DNA of 64,000 nucleotides from Octopus sinensis (taxonomy: Eukaryota), in NCBI RefSeq assembly GCF_006345805.1, contig NW_021836171.1, forward strand, positions 1 through 64,000, in the 5' to 3' direction. A model generated the notes under the pieces. It worked only from the letters and a program-made list of their open reading frames with translations. It did no database searches and was not told where the DNA came from. A program made the translations under genes and the position numbers. Of the stretch, positions 55,496 through 64,000 are shown piece by piece (position 1 is the first letter of the stretch; the number at the start of each line of letters is the position of its first letter).

Positions 55496-56105
55496 AAAAA
55501 AACCAATAACATATATGCATAGATATTCCTATTTATGTGTTTGTGTTTTGTGATTATGTGTGTACATTTAGAATCATAATATTCATACACATGAATACAC
55601 ACACATACACACACATCAAATTAATACACATAAAAGAGTAAAAGAGTATATACGCATATGTGATATTACATGATGCATGGTCTCATGTATTTTTCTATAC
55701 TAAAAATGACAACCAACGCCATGGGACACTGTGATATATGGACACACAAAACCATATATAATTAATTCAATGTCATATCAAGTCTATCTCTTACACATAG
55801 TAACCTACAGAAATTTCTCTCCGTACTCAAAGTATTTTGCCATTAATCTAAAACGTAACGGAAGAACAGTTTTCAAGTGTAAAATGCGATATTTTTTCCT
55901 AGTAAGTCTAGTAACATTTGTGAGGTAGAGTATAACAAATACATCCAAAATAACTGAGAAGTACAAAACAGATTCGCCAGAGTATTTATCATAACAGTTA
56001 AAATGATATCAAATATGATATGTAATATGAACAGATACTGACCAATCAAACTGGACGCAGTTGCTTTATGTCCAACGACGAGCGAAGGGAAACGGAATCA
56101 ATGCA

Positions 56106-56136
<31 letters not shown>

Positions 56137-56137
<1 letters not shown>

Positions 56138-56717
56138 GACAGAGTTGGGACCTATATATACACTGGAAACTATGCCAACATTATGGAATAACAACAGAAA
56201 AAAGATGGTATAGGTACACACCAGAAAAGGTAACAGAAAACGAGAAAGCAACCATACTCTGGGATATGCCAATACACACGGATAGAGAAATTAAGGCCAA
56301 CAGACCAGATATAGTTGTCAGAGATAATGAAGAAAAAATGCTTTCTGATTGATGTATCAATACCAGTAGATGACAACGTGTCTCTAAAAGAAATGGAGAA
56401 ACTTTCAAAATACAAAGACCTGGAAATAGAGGTAACTAGAATGTGGAATCTAAAAACAGAAACAATTCCTATCATAGTAGGTGCATTAGACATGATAAAA
56501 AAATATTCAGACAAATACATAACAAAAACACCGTGACTTACAAACACATATAACATCCAGAAAATTGCACTACTAGGCACTGTACACATCCTACGCTGAA
56601 CACTTTCAATACACTAACTATCAGAGCATCACAACAAATCACAGCACATACCCAAGGCACACAGAGCTGCGCTCGGTGGTGAAGTGAAAGCACATTATAA
56701 AAATAAAACTACTGAAT
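56137..56717 (+). mobile_element. 5'-truncated R4/Dong-clade non-LTR retrotransposon: RLE endonuclease end and 3' UTR
   Basis: IHWKLCQHYG..WDMPIHTDREIKANRPDIVV..FLIDVSIP..EKLSKYKDLEIEVTRMW..IPIIVGAL..QKIALLGT; frameshifts and one stop; (TAA)n on both sides. Confidence 0.9.
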
Positions 56718-56774
56718 GTTGTTAATAATGATAATAATAATAATAATAATAATTATAATAATAATAATAATAAT

Positions 56775-57350
56775 GCCCTGATGCTGTATGAGGCAGTGTC
56801 TCTCATGGCTTCTGATCTTACTTGATTGGTAGTGTTATCATGTACATTGTTTTGTCGTGGTATAAAGATGGACTACAGCAAATCTTCTGCTCAATACCAC
56901 ATATTTGCTTGTCAGTTGTTTGACCTTTTACCAGTTGAGCATGACCCTGAATGGCTGACGATATATGCATCTCTCATCACAAGCAGAATTAGTGGGCGAG
57001 TATCATAACTATGTGTTGAGAGTGATTCTTTGGGTTTTGGATAATTCACCTTTGGAAACATGGGTGTTTCGTTGAACATGCTTAAACAGCCTTTATTCAA
57101 GGATCTTTTGAGCGGGATGGGCTACTTGAGCAGAAGAAAATTCTAACTGGGCTCCACCCGCAAGTTCATGCGCTGTTAATCTTGCAAGGTCAAGTGCTGA
57201 TTATCTTCGTATGAGATCAACATGTCGCGCACATATGGTTGTGATGCATGTATCTGGTGTACCCTTATCAAACAGGTAGTTATGAGGGGTATACTGAGCT
57301 TCGTATATTTACCCCGTGTCCCTTTGATGGCATGCACTGCACTCTCCGTC
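56775..57350. mobile_element. Unclassified ~575-bp interspersed repeat bounded by (TAA)n
   Basis: Resembles a repeat I recall as common in Octopus (catggcttctgatctta..cccttatca..gcatgcactgc); AAT-type repeats on both sides; only one copy here. Confidence 0.5.
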
Positions 57351-58154
57351 AATGATGGTAATAATAGTAATAATAATCACAACAACTTCAACAACAACGA
57401 TGGCAATAGACAATATTTCAGTTTGGCTTATGAAATTATAATGGAATAATAGCTGTAGAAGTATTTCTAAGTATTTATTGCGAAATCTCTTATGAAGCCA
57501 TGAAGCCAAGTTGCACAGTTCATTACGTAATACAAGCAACATCATATAAATTCATATGAAATATTAATCCTGGGATTTATGATATACCTGAATTCATAAA
57601 TTGAACATTTGTACGCAGAAATATACTAAGAAATATAAACTTTGAGTTAACTGATATACCTGACCTGAAACATTGGAGCAACAGTAGAAAGTATATATCA
57701 GTAGTTCAGGTGCAAACGGTTAAGTCCATAGAGAGAATCTCACGATTTAATGTCAGGCCTATATGGCCTTTGATATTGAAGCACTTGCTGCCGAAAGACA
57801 GAGAATTGGCCAACAGCTCGATGATTCAGAGTAGGTTATCATTCATACATATAAAATCCTGTTCTCAGATAAAGGGAAGCCGTGGATTAAAATACCAGTT
57901 GAGATTTTTGATAAGTTAGATCGCTTTCATGAGATTAGGTATATAAGGAATCTAATGCGCTTAGCTTAGTTTTTCCTTGGGGCTGGCCAGATTGGAGCAA
58001 TCTCAAGATTAATCAGCCGAAATTGCGAGGATGATCCGGTTCTTGACTGAAGATTGAACGCTTCGAATGTCCCGTCCGTGTTTTTTGTATCGTCTCCTAA
58101 ATGTTTTGCGTTCTTGTTCCAGTTTGTATTTTTATACATACATCCATACATACA

Positions 58155-58204
<50 letters not shown>

Positions 58205-58237
58205 CATGCATATATATATATATATTTATACATATCT

Positions 58238-58440
58238 TTTACTCTTTTACTTGTTTCAGTCAATTGACTGTGGCCATGCTGGAGCACCGCCTTTAGCCGA
58301 GCGAATCGACCCCAGGTCTTATTCTTTATAATCTTAGTACTTATTCTATCGGTCTCTTTTGCAGAACCGCTAAGCTACGGGGACGTAAACACACCAGCAT
58401 CGGTTTTCAAGCGATGTTGGTGGGACACAGACACACAAAC
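58238..58440 (-). mobile_element. SINE family B, 3' half
   Basis: ttgtttcagtcaattgactgtggccatgctggagcaccgcc. Confidence 0.85.
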
Positions 58441-58457
58441 GTATATATATATATATA

Positions 58458-58858
58458 CTAGCAGTATAGCCCGGTGTTGCTCAGGTTAGTTTGCTTTTCG
58501 ACCCTTTAGAATTGGAGTTTTTGAATAGCAAAAAGGTTGCATTATGTAGCTTGTTATTCTCTTTAAGTGAACATTTTTTCTGCAGGAAATACACCGAAAA
58601 AGGGCGACAAAGCAGTAAAAAAGTCGTAAACAATTGGGATTTTTATATAAAAAAGCACCTTTTTGATGTAGATAATTTTTGGCTTTAACTTGATCCGATT
58701 TTAATTTTTTCTTCTACAGAATGAAGAGCAAGACTTCTATCATGCACTGAATTTTGGTCAACTTTCGCCGCAGGGTCTCGGAGGAGATAGTGTTTATTGA
58801 AGGCTACCAAACCTCCTCCCCACACACACACTGACAACTTTAGCTTTAAATATAAAGA
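58458..58858 (-). mobile_element. 401-bp non-autonomous Helitron
   Basis: Minus strand 5' A|TCtttatatttaaag; 3' ..gagcaacaccgggctatactgCTAG|T. Confidence 0.8.
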
Positions 58859-58860
58859 TA

Positions 58861-59120
58861 TAAGTGGGCGTCAAGGGCAATACATAGACCAAACAAAAAA
58901 TAGTTTACGTAAAAAATGGCCCTACACAGATCCCAGATAAAATTTCCCCAAAACAGAAAAATAGCATTCAGCCAACACATAGACATTTGCGCCAACAACA
59001 AAAATCCAAACTTCAGCATTTTGCCCCTCTACCAATTCAGGCACGATACAACCTGGAGCCAACGAATTAGTAAAGAATCTCTCTTTAATACAAAATACAG
59101 ACCCCTTTTGAACGCATTTA
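58861..59120 (+). mobile_element. Penelope-like element, GIY-YIG endonuclease C-terminal fragment (pseudogenised)
   Basis: QYI(D)QTKNSLRK /frameshift/ MALHRSQI..SQHIDICA..PNFSILPLYQ..KESLFNTKYRPLLN. Confidence 0.7.
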
Positions 59121-59805
59121 CGACAAATGATGTATCCACCTCGGCCTTAGATTAACACAAACACACACCTAAATATTAAAAATGATACACTCAAGAGATT
59201 TCCAAGAATTCCTTAAAAAACAATCACTATTAGAATCCATAATGTGCCAATTCTAAGTCATTTAACACCTTACTACTTTCACATTACCAACATCCATTCT
59301 TATTCTCCCTTCTCTTTCTTCTTCTTCTTCGTCTCCTTCCTAACTTTATCGCTAATGCTTTTTAGAATTAACACCCACGCAAATTCAAAACATTCAAAAT
59401 AAATATTTTCATGAATTGAACACCGACTGCTACCATCTACTGACCATTCAAAATACTACTATCATGGCACTCCCAAATTCTTCTTCCTCCCCTTCCCCTT
59501 CTTCTTCCCTACCAAGAATTCATAACGACCTCGAACCCACAAGAGTAAACAAGAGAGAGAGACAGAGACAGGCAGAAACAAGGAAAATGCCATTTATATT
59601 TGAACACTATACAAATATTCTTTTAAAAAACTTTTCTTTTAATATTTCTAAATTTAATTATTTAATTAATACAGTTGAAAAAGTTTCAATGACTGAAACC
59701 GGTACAGAAATGTTCTTTTATTTATTTTAGCATTTGCTATTTTGACTTTTTTTCCATATAAATCAACTATTGTGTTCCTTTTCATCCTTATACATACATA
59801 CATAC

Positions 59806-59856
<51 letters not shown>

Positions 59857-60206
59857 TGGCCTCCTACAAGTGAACATGCTTTTTTCCTGCGTTCTTGAAT
59901 TTTTCTATCGTCTAGGCTAAAAAAAGGCCCTCAATGTTTGTTTCCTTGTCTTGTTTTTATTCTTGTACTGTATTTTTTGTATTTGTATTTTTGTTTTGTA
60001 TTTGTTTTTTATTTGTATTGTTTTTACGTTTTCGTTTATCGTTGAGTTCTACGTCTATTTGTGGTGTCCTGTAATCACACATATATATATATATATTTAT
60101 ATATGCATGTATATATACATGTAGATGTAGGTACGTACATATATGTATGTATGCATATATTTTAATTATTAATTTATGTATATATATGTATATATATATA
60201 TATATA

Positions 60207-60374
60207 CTTTATTTAAAAGCAGCAGAAATTTAACAAAAGCTGTTACTCGGAGTTTTACGTTCCCGTTCGTCGGACAGTTTTTTTGTGTTTTCTTTTAAAA
60301 AAACTGTCCGACGAACGGGAACGTGAAACTCCGAATAACAGCTTTTGTTGAATTTCTGCTGCTTCTAAATAAAG
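60207..60374. repeat. Inverted repeat, ~77-bp arms, each arm with a hammerhead-like motif
   Basis: ctttatttaaaagcagcagaaatttaacaaaagctgttactcggag..ggacag mirrored at ~60297-60374. Confidence 0.9.
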
Positions 60375-61044
60375 CATATTACACTACCTCTGGGATTTGA
60401 GTACTTTTTCCACCCTGTTTCCCATTTATGTGTTTACTCCGGTATATAAATATAAATATATATACATATATATACATATATATATATATACACATATATA
60501 TAGTCAAAATCTAGTACGGCATTGTAATGTACAACTTGTGTCGGTTCATTTATCGACTTTGATTTCAGAAGTAGGAACGCCTTGAACGAGAACAGTTATG
60601 TGGGGCGAAATACTTTGACACACCCATTGATAATTGCTTAATTAACTAACTAATTAATTATCCATGAAATGCTAACTACACACATATACATATATATGCG
60701 TGTGTAAGTATGTATTTGTTTATGTGTATATATATATATGTATATAGCATAATATATGTATATGTTTATATATTTATGTGTGTGTGTATATATATATATA
60801 GTCATTTCTAATATATTCATATGTGCGTATGTGTGTGGTCGTGTTATATGTTTGTGTGTATGTGTTTGCATGCGTGCGTTTTCAATGAACTGTTTTGTTC
60901 TTTATGTCTCCTTTAACTTTGGCGTTGGTCTGTGAGAGGGGGTGATTCCTCTAAGGTCTTGTGTTCTTGCTAGTTATTACATCAGCACGCGAATCGTTTC
61001 TCTTCTCATTCTCTTGGTTGTTTGATTATTTGTGCTCGATATCT

Positions 61045-61259
61045 TTTACTCTTTATTTGTTTCAGTCATTTGATTGCGGCCATGCTGGATCACCGCATTT
61101 CGTCAAGCAAACCGACCCCAGAACTTATTCTTTGTATGCCTAGTACCTATTCTATCTTTCTCTTTTGCCGAACCGCAAATTTACGAAACGTAAACACACC
61201 AGCATCGGTTGTGAAGCAATGCTGTGGGGACAAATACAGACAAACATATACACACACAT

Positions 61260-61300
<41 letters not shown>

Positions 61301-61702
61301 TACGACGGGCTTCTTTCAGTTTCCGTCTACCAAATCCACTCACAAGGCTTTGGTTGGCCCGGAACTTATTCTTTTTTGTAAGGCCAGTACTTATTCTATC
61401 GGTCACTTTTGCCGAACCGCTAATTTACGAAACGTAAACACACCAGCATCGGTTCTCAAGCGATGCTGTGGGGACAAACACAGACACACAAACATATACA
61501 CACACATACACATATATATATATATATATATACATATACAATGGGCTTCTTCCAGTTTCCGTCTACCAAATCAACTCACAACGCTTTGGTTGGCCCGAGG
61601 CTATAGTAGAAGACACTTGCCCAAGGTTCCACGCAGCGGGACTGAACCCGGTACTATGTGGTTGGTAAGCAAGCTACTTACCACGCAGCCACTCCTACGC
61701 CT
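61045..61702 (-). mobile_element. SINE family B with ~241-bp internal tandem duplication
   Basis: gaacttattctt...gctttggttggcc starts at 61121 and again at 61362. Confidence 0.85.
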
Positions 61703-62274
61703 ATGTTTATTACGTTTATTATTTTTTCCATGAGATAAATTATTGGTGAGTTTCAGCGACCATCATCCATATGTCAATACATTATGAACCATATATATTA
61801 ACTACTTCATATTTTCTATTTCAAAGCATATCTTGGCTGAATGTAGCTTCTTCCACAACTTAGGCTGACTTAATGATCTGCGTCTACTTTCGTCTACTTA
61901 CTTTGTTGCGTAGGCGTATTATATTTTACCTTCCACTAGTAATTATTTTCTCTTTCCTATACCAGAAACCACATATCTAAATGTCTGAATAATTTGAGGA
62001 TGATTTCTTGTAGTTCATGTGGCCACGCCGAAATTCCTAGCGCCGGACGGACGATAATGAACTGATTGAAATTGTTGAAAGTAGGATTGTAAACCTATAA
62101 GTTGGACTAATTATATTGCATATCGTTTGGAAATATGCGTGGATAACTGAAGATATACTAAAAACGGTATTTTCTTTCATTTCTAACTTTTGTCATCGTT
62201 TTGGTTGTCCTTCTCTCTCTGTATCTGTCAATCTATCTAACTGTCTGTCTCTTAATCAGTAGGTATCTCAGGAG

Positions 62275-62299
<25 letters not shown>

Positions 62300-62306
<7 letters not shown>

Positions 62307-62485
62307 ATATAGGAGAAAATTCGCGAAAAACAAAAGACGAAGAAAGGTGGTGTAGAAAACAAACATATGTATTAGTATAACGCTCGGGAATTGAAAAAGG
62401 CTTTAACGTTTCAAGCCTACTCTCTTCTACAGAAAGGAACACAGAAAGAAACAAGGAGAGAAAAAATTTGTGTAGTGGCTACCGA
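62300..62485 (-). mobile_element. Short repeat, CUGUAGA hammerhead-like family
   Basis: Minus strand cttt CTGTAGA A GAGA GTAG GCTT GAAAC GTT aaag at 62401-62436. Confidence 0.7.
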
Positions 62486-62497
62486 TCTATCATGATA

Positions 62498-62530
<33 letters not shown>

Positions 62531-62991
62531 GCGATTGTCCACTCTATGCGCTGTATCGTCAGACTTTTTATAACTTCTTTTCGTTCACGACATATTATTA
62601 AAACGGTTATAAAATTATTTAAAACAAATAAGTCATGACTTATCAATAAAACCGGGACAAAAGTAATATGAATGAGAAAATAATAGTGAAACAATCAGAG
62701 AAGTAATGGATATTTACTAGTGATTTCAACCAAAAGCGCAAGGAAGCAGGTTATATATATTTATAGACAAACTGTTTGTGTACGTTTCCGTCTGCTTCTG
62801 TATAAATCTGGAGTATGTTTATATATTTCTTGATGTGGAACTCTACAGGATTAAATGGGAGGATATGTTATCACACTGAATGCAAAGAATGGAATATTAT
62901 CTTGGATTCTCTCCTGCCAGCTTGTGTTAATGTATAGACACGTCTGGACTGAAATGCTTACCATTTTGCTTAAAGAGAGCCCACCAATATA

Positions 62992-63041
<50 letters not shown>

Positions 63042-63329
63042 GCATAGATAATCCACTTATATGGATTCTATGCATTAGAAAGAACAGCTAATTTCTATGA
63101 CCACAAAAATTGAGATAAAAATTCGACAGGAATAAATTTGGAAATGAATAGTTGTTCCTTTTAATGCGTAGAATCCCTCTGAGTTGATTCTCTATGTGTT
63201 TAAATATACACATATCGTATGACTAATATATAGTCTTTTTGACTAAAATTTTTTTACGCGTTAAACCACTGGAAATGTAAATTTTGATTGAATGTTTTTA
63301 ATTTTAATTAAATTCCATTTCCCTTTGTT

Positions 63330-63648
63330 ATGATTATATATATGTATATATATATATATATATAATACAATTAAAATGGTGAGTTGAAATATATACATAT
63401 ATTTACGCACCACACACACACATATAGGTATATATATATATATATATATATAGATAAGTATATGTATATATAAGTATATGTGTATATAAGTATATGTGTA
63501 TATATATATATATAGGTATATGTATATATAAGTATATGTGTATAATATATATAAGTATATGTATATATAAGTATATGTATATATATATATATGTAAGTAT
63601 ATGTGTATATATATAATATAAGTATATGTTAAAATATATATATATAAG

Positions 63649-63680
<32 letters not shown>

Positions 63681-63720
63681 AGTATATGTGTATATATATA
63701 TAAGTATATGTATATATATT
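63330..63720. repeat. TA-rich microsatellite with taagtatatg subunits
   Basis: Direct reading. Confidence 0.9.
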
Positions 63721-64000
63721 GGAGTCTATGTGTGCGTATGTCTTGTGTGTGAGTGACTGATTGTCTGTATCTCCATGTGTGTATATATCTATGCAGCTGT
63801 CCGTGCATGTCACACAATATGTTTACCCTTATAGCGCCCACCAATGGATGGCCACGGGCCCTTTTCATGGTAGGAAACTGCAATCTCATCTTGTAATATC
63901 CTAAAAGCTTCATAATGACAGCAATCATTTTTGCGTTTGGTAGACATAGGAAATCGCTAGAGGACCTAATTGAAAATTTACGCCTAAGTTTCATTTTGGG

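Overview
AT-rich, microsatellite-dense animal DNA whose tRNA-derived SINE families strongly suggest an Octopus genome (inference from recognised repeats). I recognise no host protein-coding gene, so the window is probably intronic or intergenic. Most ORFs in the track are translated simple repeats or SINEs. The supportable coding remnants are all retroelement pieces: an open 3' RTE LINE end (27.1-27.7 kb), a decayed CR1-type LINE (48.9-50.7 kb), an R4/Dong-type RLE end in a (TAA)n tract (56.1-56.7 kb) and a Penelope GIY-YIG fragment (58.9-59.1 kb). Other content: about 40 SINE copies, non-autonomous Helitrons, a Tigger-like MITE, a 38-bp minisatellite and three long inverted repeats. Main signals: (1) eight minimal type-I hammerhead-like folds in four unrelated short repeat families, two embedded in long inverted repeats; (2) a SINE subfamily whose 3' end usually abuts GGTATT, a motif it carries itself, giving self-insertion and tandem arrays; (3) combinatorial swapping of SINE heads and tails. 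Coordinates were read by eye; repeat boundaries are approximate.
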